Shown here piece after piece: positions 50,558 to 63,239 of a stretch of 64,000 nucleotides of DNA. The stretch is taken from positions 54,683,971 through 54,747,970 of the forward strand of contig NC_057719.1 in assembly GCF_004010195.1 (NCBI RefSeq), given 5' to 3'. Origin of the DNA: Chiloscyllium plagiosum. Lineage: Eukaryota. Position 1 is the stretch's first letter, and every line of letters begins with the position of its first letter. Position numbers and translations under genes: made by a program. The notes beneath the pieces were generated by a model that had not been told where the DNA came from, made no database searches, and saw only the letters and a list, made by a program, of their open reading frames with translations.

Positions 50558-53508
50558 AAAATCACACAACACCAGGTTATAGTCTAACAGGTTTAATTGG
50601 AAGCACATTAGCTTTCGAAGTGATGCTCCTTCATCAGGTGATAGGGGAGGGCTCAATCCTAACACACAGAATTTATAGCAAAAATTTACAGTGTGATATA
50701 ACTGAAATTATGCATTGAAAAATTGATTGCCTGTTAAGTCTTTCATCTGTTTGAATACCATGATAGTTTCACTTCTTTCATGTGTAAATCACAAAACCTT
50801 TTTTTTAAAAGTTGCATTCTCAGGTTACCTGTTAACAATGGTAATAGCTGGACAATATGTTGAAGGTGTTAGTCCCCTGTGTTCTCTGTCTATGCCATGA
50901 TGTTTAGATTGATTTTAATCTAAAAAGTGAGATAACAGAGTTTTACATGAATTCATACAGTTTTTGAGCTCAGAGTTCTACATGAATGCATGCAGTTTTT
51001 GAGCAAAGTACAATGTGACCCTGCAAGTACAAATTCACCCCACAAAAGATATGTGTGCATGTGGGTCTTTGTCTGTGGGTGTGTGTGTGTGTGTCTATCT
51101 GGGTTGGGGTTTGTGAGTGTGAGAAAATGTGTGTGTGTAGTGTGTGTAGAATGTCTTAAGTCTGTGAGGGGGTGCATGTGTGAGTGTGGGAGTGTGTGTG
51201 TCTGTAAGGGTGTGTGTGGGTGTCTGTGTGCGCGTCTGTGTATATGTGTGTCCATGTGTACAATAGTTTCAAGATGCATATTGAAACCTATTGTACAGGG
51301 GATCCCCAGCTTCTGTCGCGACACTATGGATGTCTTAAAGAAACTCAACACTCACGGACCAGTCAAACCAGGAACATTCCTTGTCACAATGGACGTTTCC
51401 GCACTCTACACCAGCATCCCCCACAATGATGGCATCGCGGCAACAGCCTCAGTACTCAACACCAACAACTGCCAATCTCCAAACACCATCCTACAACACA
51501 TTTGCTTTATCCTTGATCACAGCGTCTTCACCTTTGACAACCAGTTCTTCGTCCAAACAGCCATGGGGGACCAAATTTGTACCCCAATATGCCAACGTTT
51601 TTATGCACAGGTTTGAACAAGACTTCTTCTCCATGCAGGATCTCCAACCAACATTGTACACCAGGTACATTGATGACATTTTCTTCCTCTGGACCCATGG
51701 CGGGGAGTCACTGATAAAACTACACAGTGACATCAACAAGTTTCATCCCACCATCAAACTCACCATGGATTACTCTCGACTATCTGTCTCATTCTTGGAC
51801 ACATGCATCTCCATCAAGGATGGACACCTCAGGACCACACTCTACCGCAAACCCACAGACAACCTCACAATGCTACACTTCTCCAGCTTCCACCCAAAAT
51901 ATATTAAGACAGCCATTCCCTGGACAAGCCCTACGTGTACACTGAATCTGCTCAGATGAGGAGGAATGTGATGGACACCTGGAAGTACTCAGGGATGCCC
52001 TCACAAGAATGGGGTATGATGCCCAACTCATCGACTGCCAGTTCCAACGTGCCACAGCAAGGAACCGTAATGACCTCCTCAGGAGACAGACATGTGCTGC
52101 AACCGACAGTGTATCCTTTGTTGTTCAGTATTTCCCAGGAACTGAAAATCTACACCATGTTCTTCGTGACCTGCAGCACATTATCAATAAGGATGAACAC
52201 CTCACCAAGACCTTCCCCATACCTCCATTACTTCCCTTTAAACAACTGCGAAACCTCAAACAGGTCATTGTTCGTAGCAAGCTGCCCGGCTCTCAGGACA
52301 ACTCCATACAACCCTGTCACGGTAGGCGCTGCAAGAGTGTCAGAGTGTGGACATAGATACCACCAATACCCTTGGGGACACCTCCCACCTTGTACATGGC
52401 AGGTACTCATGTGACTCAGCCAATGTTGTCTATCTTATACTTTGCAGGCAAGGATGCCCTGAGGCATGGTACATTGGGGAAACAGAGCAAAGGCTACGGC
52501 AACGGATGAATGAGCACCGCACAACAATCAACAGACAGGAGGGTTCCCTCCCAGTTGGGGAACACTTCAGTGGTCCAGGACATTCGACCTCGGACCTTCG
52601 GATGACCATCCTCCAAGGCGGACTTTGGGACAGGCAGCAGTGAAAAGTGGCCGAGCAGAGGCTGATAGCTACGTTCGGAACCTTGGGTTCATGTCACATT
52701 ACAGGTGACCACCGTTGCACTATCCATACACACACCTACACACACACACACACTCACACATACAGGCACTCCCTATACACACATACACGTGGACACATGG
52801 ACACAGGTACGCACACAAACACCCACACACACCCTTACCGACACACACACTCCCACACTCACGCATGTACCCCCTCACAGACTTAAGACACTCTACACTC
52901 ACTACATACACACTTTCTCACACTCACGACCTCCAACCCAGATAGACACACACACAGACAAAGACCCACATGCACACATATATTTTGTGGGATGAATTTG
53001 TACTTTCAGGGTTACATTGTACTTTGCTCAAAAACTGCATGCATTCATGTAGAACTCTGAGCTCAAAAACTGCATGAATTCATGTAAAACTCCGTTATCT
53101 CACTTTTTAAATTAGAATTAATGTAAACATCGTGGCATAGACAGAGAACACAGGGGGCTAACACCTTCATATTATCTAGCTCTCACCATTGTTAACAGCT
53201 CACCTAAGAATGCAACTTTTTAAAAAAAGGTTTTGTGATTTACACATGAAAGAAGTGAAACTATCATGATATTCAAACAGATGAAAGACATAGCAGACAA
53301 TCAATTTTTCAATGTATAATTTCAGTTATATCACACGGTAAATGTTTGCTATAAATTCTATGTGTTAGGATTGAGCCCTCTACTACCACCTGATGAAGGA
53401 GCAGCACTCCGACAGCTAGTGTGCTTCCAATTAAACCAGTTGGACTATAACCTGGTGTTGTGTGATTTTTAACTTAGTACACCCCAGTATAACACCGGAT
53501 TCTCCAAA
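50558..53508 (+). mobile_element. Penelope-like element (RT + GIY-YIG) with ~700-bp inverted terminal copies
   Basis: LVTMDVSALYTSIPH, YTRYIDDIF, LYRKPTD, NVVYLILC..WYIGETEQRLRQRMNEH; left arm 50558-51262 is the reverse complement of ~52790-53472; 13-bp TSD ccattctatttta at 50545-50557 and 53509-53521. Confidence 0.95.
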
Positions 53509-54623
53509 CCATTCTATTTTAGTTCTGGTGTTGGAGTTTTCACATGCCCCAGTAGCTAGAGATTTTTAATGTATTTATATCAGTCTGTGAGTGTGTATGT
53601 GACTGTTTGTGAATGTGTGTCATCTTTACAAGGTTTTCCAAATCCACTGGCAAAAATGGCAGTTGAATAGTGGTTCCCTCTCTCAATTTCTCATGTAAAC
53701 AAGGTCAGCTCTGAGGTGCTGAACGTGCCAAACCAAATTGACTGGATTGGAAATGTCACACCTATGATCCCCAAAGAAACTGTTCCACTTAAAATTCAGT
53801 CAAAGCAAGAGGAAATACCTTTAAGGATGTTCACAAACCATCCCTGAAGAGGTTAAAAGTTGTACCAGCTGCAATGAAAACCAGACAGCCTGGCCCAGAA
53901 GCAGGTGTCATGTTTATTCTTCTCCATAGGGAATCTTGATGCAATCACTATATCTGGTCTTTTCCTCGGTCAGTAAATCATTAATTGGCTTTTCAGTAAC
54001 TATATCTAATATCAAGGCACAATTAAGGTAAATAATTAGAAAGCACATTTATTTTTTTAAAAGTGATCTGACTAAACACCCATTTGCCTAATTTTCATTA
54101 ACTCCTATTTATTCACCTCTGTTAATACAAAACAAGTTAAGAAAATATAACCTCCTTGTTTCACTAAAAGAAAATCCTACTGTTATACTTCTCAATGCAA
54201 AATCATGCTCTGGCATGATTTTTAATTTTCTAAAGACGTATAAGTCTTTATTTTATAAAATGATCATGCTTTTATTCCATCTTCCATCAGAATTTGAGTC
54301 ACTGCAACAAAGCTGAGCATAACTCCTCGATGAGAAGGACTCTCACTAAACATTTAGCTCATGGGCAGCTTCCAAATAATGAGCCATGCTGTCACACAAA
54401 ATGCTATCAAGCTGAACAACGCAGTGCTTGAACAATTTGTCCACTGTTTGAGTGCACTGGAGGAGCCCTGCAGTACTCACTGAAGTGTGTGTTGGGGTTT
54501 GTCATGGTTTCCCGATTCCTGCACAGCCTCATCATCAAAATCCTTGCCACCAAGTGAATGGTAAGCTGAGAGAATGCAGCAGGGCGAGGATTTGGGGAAG
54601 AAAAGGAAGCACCCCCTTTTCAA

Positions 54624-54948
54624 GGGGAGGTAATGGCCTAATGGTATCATTGCAGGACTATTAATCCAGTGAGCCAGGCCATCTTCTGGGAGCCTAGGTT
54701 CAAATCCACCATGGCAGTTGGTGGAATGTGAATTCAGCAAAAATCTGGAATTGTGAGTGTAATGATGGCCATGAATCCATTAGTGATTGTCAGGAAAAAC
54801 CCATGTGGTTCACTAATGTTCTTTAGCAAAGGAAACTGCCTTCCAGATCCACAGCAATGTGGTTAACTCTTAACTGCCCTCTTGGCAATTAGGGATGGAG
54901 AATAAATGTTAGTGATGCCCACATCCCATGAATGAATTAAAAAAAAAT
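54624..54948 (+). mobile_element. tRNA-derived SINE
   Basis: A box tggcctaatggt, B box ggttcaaatcc, tail atgaatgaattaaaaaaaa. Confidence 0.8.
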
Positions 54949-55114
54949 TAACACAGCTCCTTTAGAATTGGGGCTCTCCGTGATTTGTTTATTTGTTCAC
55001 CAGTGAATAATCTTCAATTCCTCCAACAATCCAGACCTTAGCATTCCTTCATTACTGACCAACACAGTGTCCTCTTGGCCGCAATGCTAAGATGAAAGTC
55101 ACCACTACATTCCA

Positions 55115-55362
55115 AACAACAACAACTGCACATTTTGTACTTATGTCGAGCCTACAACTTATTAAAACATGCCCAGATGATTCACAACAGCACAAAGTTA
55201 AGACTTCTTAATGGCATGTTGAGGTTTTGGGCCAGATAAACAAAAGCTTATGATCAAAGAGTTACGTTTTAAGGAAGATGTTAAAGGAGAAAAGTGAGGT
55301 AGAGATGCAGCAACATATTGGGAGGCAATTTCAAGACTTGGAGCCTAAGCAGCAGAAGATCC
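55115..55362 (-). mobile_element. L2-type LINE 3' end, decayed
   Basis: aacaacaac tail..ttttaaggaagatgttaaagga..gggaggcaatttcaagacttggagcctaagcagc. Confidence 0.55.
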
Positions 55363-56199
55363 CACAAACAGCATAAGACTGAATGCAGCTGAAGATGTAT
55401 TTATCAGCCAGAGAATATTTTCTCCAATTACTTGGGTGGCCATTGAATTTGTTTTTCTTTGAGATGCTCTCAAGAATCAGCAGAAGATCTTTAGAACACA
55501 TCAATACACTAGGAATGTAACTCATGCTTTGCTCATGAGGGTGGACAACTTTATCGAGTTCTCCACTAATCAGTCCTGCTGGGCTGAGAAAGCAAGAGGA
55601 TTTAGACTGTCACCAATTCTTTGAAGTGAAAAGGTCAATTGGTTGGAAACATGAATCAGTCAATGAGCCCAGAGGACAACCAGAATGTTTAATATGGCAC
55701 AGGGGTTCAGTCTGTTAATATGCAGATCCTATGTGAGCAGCACTTCAGGATTCCTCTTGTCTGTACATTGGATTTTGGGAAAGGCCATGATACCATATCC
55801 TCACGTACTCTCAGGTGCTACAGCTCTGCTCGTGTAATATACTAGATTGTGGCTGTAATGTAGCACAAAAGGAAGTATATGCACCAGGTCTCTGTTGGAA
55901 CATATTAAGAAATGTCAATGTCCCACCTTCACTCCATAGTCCTGAACATTCTTCCTTTAAAGAACAAAGATTACCACCCGAGATGTGCTAAATGATATTT
56001 TAATTTGCTATTAAAATAGCAAGAGATAGAGAAACCTTCTAAATTATAGCAGTCCTTTTGCCTTGTTAGCATGCTGTGCTTGCACAGACTAACATTAAAC
56101 TTCTTTGAAGAATTAACCTGTTATGAATAAAAGTGAGCCAGTAGGTGGATTTCCTGAAAGAATTTGATGTGGCACCACATCAAAGTTTATTATGGAAAT

Positions 56200-56431
56200 G
56201 AAAGCTCATGATGTTTGTGTTTCATGCACTAAAACATCTAAATCCCTTTGGAACTCAGAATTCTGCAGTAGTTCTCCACTTCAGTAATACTCTGCTTTTT
56301 CATTCCTGTCAAAGTGAACAATTTCACATTTTCGCACAGCATTCTCCATCTGCCTGATTTTTGCCCACTCGCTTAACCTATCTATAAGCATCCACTTTCA
56401 ACATTTAATTTCTTCACAAAACACTTCCCTG
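56200..56431 (-). mobile_element. Decayed CR1 fragment interrupted by a Penelope element (continues ~58393-58440 and ~58590-58700)
   Basis: tttcacattttcgcacagcattctccatctgcc (WQME..CEIVHF-like on minus); GNYKPVTLMSIMGKVLES beyond the insertion. Confidence 0.65.
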
Positions 56432-58383
56432 CCTGGATGTAGGTTTGCTCACTGAGCTGGAATGTTGATTTTTCAGGCGTTTCGTCACCATACTAGGTAA
56501 CATCATCGGCCTCAGGATGAAGTGCTGGTGGCATGGCCTGCTTTCTATTTGTGTTTAGGTTTCTTTCGGTTGGTGTTGCCATTTCCTGTGGTGACATTAT
56601 TTCCTGGTCTTTTTCTCAGGGGTGATAAATGGGATCCAAGTCAATGTGTTTGTTGATAGAGCTCCTGTTGCAATGCTATGCTTCTAAGAATTCTCGTGAG
56701 TATCTCTGTTTCCCTTGTTCTAAGATGATGTGTTGGCCCAGTCAAAGTAGTGTCCTTCCTCATCTGTATGTAAGGATACTAGTGAGAGTGGGTCATGCCT
56801 TTTTGTGGCTAGTTGATGTTCATGTATCCTGGTGGCTAGTTTTCTGACTGTTTGTCCAGTGCAGTTTTCGGCACAGTTCTTGCAAGGTATTTTGTAAATG
56901 ACATTAGTTTTGTTTGTTGTCTGTATAGGGTCTTTCAAGTTCATTAGCTGCTGTTTTACTGTGTTGGTGGGTTTGTGGGCTACCATGATGCCAAGAGGTC
57001 TGAATAGTCTGGCAGTCATTTCCAAGATGTCTTTGATGTAGGGGAGAGTGGCTAGGGTTTCTGGACGTGTTTTGTTTGCTTGTTCGAGTTTGTTGCTGAG
57101 AAACCAGTGGACGGTGTTCATTGGCTACCCATTCTTTTTAAATACACTGTATAGGTAGTTTTCCTCTGCTCTGCATAGTTTATCTGTGCTGCAGTGTGTG
57201 GTGGCTCATTGAAATAATGTTCTGATGCAGCTTTGTTTGTGTGTGTTGGGATGATTGCTTCTGTAGTTCAGCATTTGGTCCGTATGTGTTGTTTTTCTGT
57301 AGACGCTGGTTTGAAGTTCCCCATTGGCTGTTCGCTCTACTGTGACATCTAGGAATGGCAGTTTGTTGTTGTTTTCCTCCTCTTTAGTGAATTTTACATC
57401 AATAAGGGTATTATTGATGGTCTTGAATATTTCCTCTAATTTGTTTTGTTTAGTGGTGACGAAGGTGTCATCCATGTAGTGGACCCAAACTTTGGGTTGG
57501 ATGGTTGGCAGAGCTGTTTGTTCAAGTCGCTGCATCACTGCCTCTGCTAAGAACCCTGATATCGGAGATCACATAGGTATTCCGTTGGTTTGTCTGTAGG
57601 TGTGTTGTTGAAGGTGAAGTGGATGGTAAGGCATAAGTCCACTAGCTTGACGATACTATCCTTGCTGATGAAGTTGGTGGTGTTTGGTGTATATGTCTTT
57701 GGGTCTTCTAATAATGTAGTCCTTTATCTATATCTTTTAAATAAGAAATAAATAAGACCGACTTTCAAACAATGAAACCAGACAGATTCAATGCACCACG
57801 CTTCTATGGATTACCCAAAATTCATATTTTGACCCTACACAGGCAACAAACAAAACTAATGTCATTTACAAAATACCTTGCAAGAACTGCAACGAACACT
57901 GCACTGGACAAACAGGCATAAAACTAGCCACCAGGATAGATGAACATCAACTCGCACAAAAAGACATGACTCACTCTCACTAGTATCCTTACATACGGAT
58001 GAGGAAGGACATCAGTTTGACTGGGACAACACATCCATCCTAGGACAAGCCTAACAGAGACTCGAGCGAGAATTCCTAGAGGCATAGCATTCCAACCAGA
58101 ACTCTATCAATAAACACATTGACTTGGATCCCATTTACCACCCATTGAGAAAGAGAACAGGAAATGATATCACCACAAGAAATGACATCACCACAGGAAA
58201 TTATACCACTGACTAAAAGAAACCTAATAGAAAGCGGGCCATGCCACCAGCGCTTCATTCGGAGGCTCACTGATGGTGTTACCTAGGATGATGACAAAAT
58301 GTCTGAAAACGAACCTTCCAGCTCAGTGAACAAACCTCCATCTAGAACCTCAACCTGAGCTACAAATCTTCTCAAACTCGCTA
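56432..58383. mobile_element. Second Penelope-like family: minus-strand RT/GIY-YIG copy fused to a plus-strand internally deleted copy
   Basis: Minus: VHYMDDTF, LPFLDV, VYRKTTHT, NVIYKIPCKNC; plus: PRFYGLPKIH (~57797) then GIY-YIG and 3' UTR; TSD acttccctg at 56423-56431 and 58384-58392. Confidence 0.9.
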
Positions 58384-58439
58384 ACTTCCCTGACTCTCTT
58401 TCTGGCTTCTGAAAATTTAGCTACAATGCATTTAATCCC

Positions 58440-58575
58440 CATAATGTTCAGGGATGTGTAGGTTAGCTGCTTTCGCCATGGGAAATATAGGGTGATAGGT
58501 TTGGGGATGGGTCTGGATGGGATGCTCTTCGCAGTGTCTGTGTGGGCTCATTAGGCCAAATGGCTTGTTTCCCAA
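58440..58575 (+). mobile_element. HE1/V-SINE 3' fragment
   Basis: gatgtgtaggttag..gggtctggatgggatgctcttc..ggccaaatggcttgtttcc. Confidence 0.7.
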
Positions 58576-59269
58576 TTATGTTGTACTTTTCTACACAGCT
58601 ACAACATCCTTTAATGGTTGATTCTAAAACCTTTCCCATGATAGACATCAAAGTAACTGGCTTATAATTTCCTGCTTTCTGCTTCACTCCTTTCGATCAA
58701 ATAGCCACATCCCTTGTAATGCTATCAGATTATATTTTTCTTCTTCATTCCTTCTTTCTAGATATTTTTAGATATTTCTCAATGTTTTTAATAAACCTGT
58801 TCAGATGTGTAATGGCACATCACTGGAGCAGGTGGAAGTTTAATCCATGACTACCTAGCTCAAAGGAAGGGATACTATCACTACATCAGAAGAGCCCTAG
58901 TGAGCTGCATTTGATATTCTAAGACAAGATTCCAATCCAGCTCTCATCTAAAAGACGCAATCCTCAACAGTGCAGTTTCTCAGTACTAAGATGGTCGCTT
59001 ATCAAGTGTCTTAGACAACTTGGTAGCACAGAATGCGGGAGAAATTAAAATAAAAAGAAATTCTTGAAGCACTCAATGGGTCAGGTAGTCTCAGTTACAA
59101 CTTACTGCTATGGAGCTATAAATCTCAAATATACCATAATTACTCATTTTGCATATCAATCAAGTCAGAACCAATCTTTCAATTGAACCAGAAGTTTAAA
59201 GTATTTGCAGCAAGTTCCCATGACAGAGAAAAGAAGAATCATGGGAGTTGTGGTTTCTACCTTATTAGT

Positions 59270-60003
59270 ATTAGTATTCACATTTGCTGAGCTGATGTTT
59301 TAGAGAAATACTAATCGGATGCTGCATTATCAGAGGTACAAACTTTTAGATGAGGCAGGAAACTGAAATTCCATCTGCCGTTTCGAGTAGACATTGATCA
59401 TTTGCAAGGGAAACAAGCAGGAGGCTGAAAGAACACAGCAAGACAGGCAGCATTAGGAGATGAAGAAATTGATGTCTTGGGTGTAACCCTTCTTCAGGAC
59501 TAGGCATGGGTGTAAGGGGAGCTACAGATAAAGGGGGTGGGTGGGGGAGGGGGGATCAAGTGATGAGGTAGGGATAGGTGAACACAGGTGGTGTGTACGA
59601 CCTAGTTGGTCAATGGGAAGGATGAATCCAGTTGGTAACTGGAAGGGAGGGTCGGTCAGAGGAATGGAAGGGTGAGGAGAGACTGGGAAGGGAGTCAGGG
59701 GATGGGAAGGGATGTTATTTGAAGTTGGAGAACTCAATGTTCAGTCCTCTGGGCTGCAGGCTGCCCAGGTGGTGTGTCCAAGGTAGAGGAGAAAGATTTT
59801 CGACTGACTTGATAAATATTTATATCTCAATAAACAGCAGTAAAAAACAAATTAACTGGCCATTGATCTCATCTGCTGCTTTTGCGATTTGATGTGTGGA
59901 AGTTGACTGCGAACAACATTGACTATACTTCAGAAATAATTCATTGGCAGAGAGGTGTTCTGAAGACATGAAAGGGTCCATATAAATGCAAATTCTTTTC
60001 TTT
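59270..60003 (+). mobile_element. DeuSINE split by a Penelope fragment
   Basis: Deu domain cagaggtacaaacttttagatgagg (59330-59400) resumes at ~59780 and ends atataaatgcaaattcttttcttt. Confidence 0.65.
59408..59775 (-). mobile_element. Penelope-like 3' fragment
   Basis: Minus: LGSLQPRGLNIEFSNFK* ORF end, C-rich UTR, degenerate core ctgaagaagggttacacccaagac. Confidence 0.8.
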
Positions 60004-60810
60004 AATCTCCTATCAGCCAGGACAAAATGTTTCAAAGAAAAATGGTGAAGTGCAAGCACTGGGGAAAAAAATTGAAGTCGTCGTATGAAATTCTGAGCTA
60101 AAAGGATTGCTTCGAAGGTATTTTTCTTATCAAACTGTCATTGAGGATTCTGACACTTATATTGGAGTCTGCAAAAGGTACTTTTGGTCTGCACAAGATA
60201 CTTTGATATTGAGTTAGGGATTGTAAACAGCATTAACCACACCCAATCTCTGATGCATAATTACCTGAGGAAGTGGGATGTTGTGTGGGATGAGGTGATG
60301 TTGTATGGAATGAACTTGGATTTAGTTTTACAACAAACCAGTTTTAACAAACTTTGTAAAATAAAAATTCTGTCCCCTAAGTGTAGATCGAAATGTGTAA
60401 GATATGTGGTACAATCACCTTGGAGACTGACATGTTCTGAAGAATGATAAAAACTGAAGAATCCTTACAACATCAGCAGAATAAAAAAAACACTGGACAA
60501 GATTCCACTTCTTAAAACTTTTACTGTAACAAACTAAATTCAAGATAATTCAAATCTTAATCAACAGGTGAAGAATATTTTAAATAAAAAGATAGATTAC
60601 ACTTTGAATAGTTGGTACAACAAAGTAAATTCAAGCACTTGCATTATTTTATTCATAAATGTGGCATCATATGTAACTTCACAAACTTTCCAACTCATCC
60701 TTCATTTCCCTGAGTTTCCCACTCTTACCCAATTGTTTCAGCTCTTAAATGGTATTCACCAGCAGCTAGATTCTACTTAAAGCCTTTAGACATGGTAGCA
60801 TCAATGGGTC

Positions 60811-60984
60811 GCTGGAAAAGTGCAGCCGGTCAGGCAGCATCCAAGAAGCAGGAGAATTCCTGAAGAGGGGCTCATGCCCGAAACGTCGATTCTCCTGCTC
60901 CTTGGATGATGCCTGACCTGCTGCACTTTTCCAGCAACACATTTTCAGCTCTGATCTCCAGCATCTGCAGTCCTCACTTTCTCC
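60811..60984 (+). mobile_element. Fold-back hammerhead mini-element
   Basis: 48-nt inverted arms (60811-60858 and 60888-60935) enclosing CTGAAGA-GGGGC-TCAT-GCCC-GAAA-CGTC; 15-bp TSD tagcatcaatgggtc at 60796-60810 and 60985-60999. Confidence 0.9.
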
Positions 60985-62819
60985 TAGCATCAATGGGTCA
61001 TTTGGATCATGATAGTCCAAATGACATTGGGACTCCAGAGATTCCTTTCTTGAAATCCTTTAAACGTTCTTGTGGACTCTGACACCACTTCAATAATAGC
61101 AATGTGTATTCTCCATTTCACAATTCTTCACTTTTCCCTCATTAGTGTTCTGCCTTTTCCAACTATACAACACTGTCTTTGTGTCTGCTCTATTCTCAGA
61201 GCAGGAATCCTCTGAAGGACACCAAACAAGAAACTGTTTCATCCAGAGAAAACCTAGCCTGTTCTTTATCTTTACTGATTCCCAAACAGATAATCAGGCT
61301 GACCTCTCCCATCCCAATTAGTTTTATATTTAATGTTTCCTTCTCAGAGCTCCAGGGCAAACCGTCACATGCCATTTCTTCAAATCTAATGATGTCCTAA
61401 CCAGTAACAAATTAACCCTCTTTCAAAATATTTCCCTGTGTGTATTTTTTTTCTCAAAGGACACCACACAAAAGATAATAGAGATTTTTCTCAGCTGACA
61501 GTTTGCGATATCAGCGTGATTTTTATTCTAGTTGAATCACCTTCAAAGCTGGTGAGGCTGCACACAGAAAACTGCCATAACAACCATACACAATGTGCTT
61601 GACTCTTAACTGCCCTCTGAAATGCCCAGCAAGCAATCTAGTTTTTCCACAACTCCATCTTCAATGATCATCCCAAATCAGTGCAAAACACAAGGCTGAA
61701 GCATTTGAACATTCAGCCAGAAGGGCCAAGTTACCAAGTCATCTCAGCACCTCCCACCAAAGCTGCCTGGCCTGCTAAATGATTCCAAGAGTTTTCTGCT
61801 ATTGTTGCAGATTTCCAGCATTCTTTCAGTATATTGACTTTGCACCTGATGTACTTTCTTTTCAAGTTTATGATTATCTTAGATTAAAAGGAGCTTAAAC
61901 AATATTACTTATATACTATTCACTGCACCTGTTTAATACCACCGGTGACATTGATTGCAAATGCTTCATAAATAAACACACCTACTTCCTAGTGACTTAT
62001 TTAAAAAAAACTGAGTGTGTTGGTAGTTGTTTTTTCATATATTTTAGTACATTTCAATTGATGCAATGAAGTCATAAATTTAATTCTCTTCAACCTACTT
62101 TGTTATGAGCAGTCCTTTGTTTATATTGGAATGTACTTATGTTTAGCTTCATCCATGTTCAATACATAACAGCCACTAAAAGGGAATAATGCTTAGGGAG
62201 AATTCGTACTAATTCACTTTCACCTCAGTAGAGAGATCTGCTTTTTAATCATGTTAGATTTCCGATGAGAGGATAAACACCACAGTGGGGAGTGGGAGGT
62301 CGAGGTGGAGAACCTCTTGGCTACTCGTGATGTAACTCCTCCTCTGTTATTTAGATATCAAAATCGATTTGTGCTCTTATATAAGAATCATACCCAGTCT
62401 TATTTCAAACAGAAGTATAACTCTATTTTGAGAAATTCCAGATCTTATTTTCTGAATTGCCTAACCCCTTCCTATCCTGCAAAGCAAAGATAACCTTTTC
62501 CTCACAGCAGTGCAAAGTGAAAATGTTATTATTGAGCTATAGAAACAGATTGCCATCTGTCAGTGCATGGAAGGCGATAAGATACCTTACTCAGTTCATT
62601 TAGACCAGTTTATACAGCACAATTGTAAACAGTATACACAGCATTATGCTAAAGAATTTTCCACATTGAAAACCCCAATACACCAAATTATTTAAAGAAG
62701 CAGCATCACTACTGATCAACAAGATTGGAGCAGATCCCTACTGAATAAACAAAGCAAGGCTGCATGCAATGTTAATTTGATTTAAAACAAAAGAGGATTT
62801 ACTCAGAGGCAGATGGAAT

Positions 62820-63000
62820 AGAGTTAGCAATGATGCCTGGTCATTAAGCATGTTCAAGGCTTGGATAGACATACTTTTAATGGGGATCAAGGAAAAGGCA
62901 GGAAAGCGAAGTTGAGGATTATCAGATCAGCCATAATCTTACTGAATGGCGGAACACACTTGATGGTCTGAATGGTCTACTGCTGCTCCTATGTCTCATT
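62820..63000 (+). mobile_element. CR1 3' end
   Basis: ttcaaggcttggatagac..cagatcagccataatcttactgaatggcgga..ctactgctgctcctatgtct. Confidence 0.75.
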
Positions 63001-63239
63001 GTACAAGGATGGGAGAAGCAAATGTTTAGGAGGATGTCACAGTTGGAATCTAGAGGAAGTAAGTTTATCATGGAGACAACTGAACAAATTACTTACGAAG
63101 GAAGGAAGAGAGAATCTGGACAAAATGAGATACTTGGTGGACATGTACTGCCCTGTTTTAGTACGTAGAGGTTTGAACATTTCCAATGTCCTGAGAAGTC
63201 TGTGACATCCTCCATGTGGATAGTGTTAAACAGCACTCA

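Noticed and set aside
50953..51262. Cys/Val- or His/Thr-rich ORFs (also 52647-52995)
   Set aside because: Translations of (CA)n/(TG)n-rich Penelope UTR, not genes
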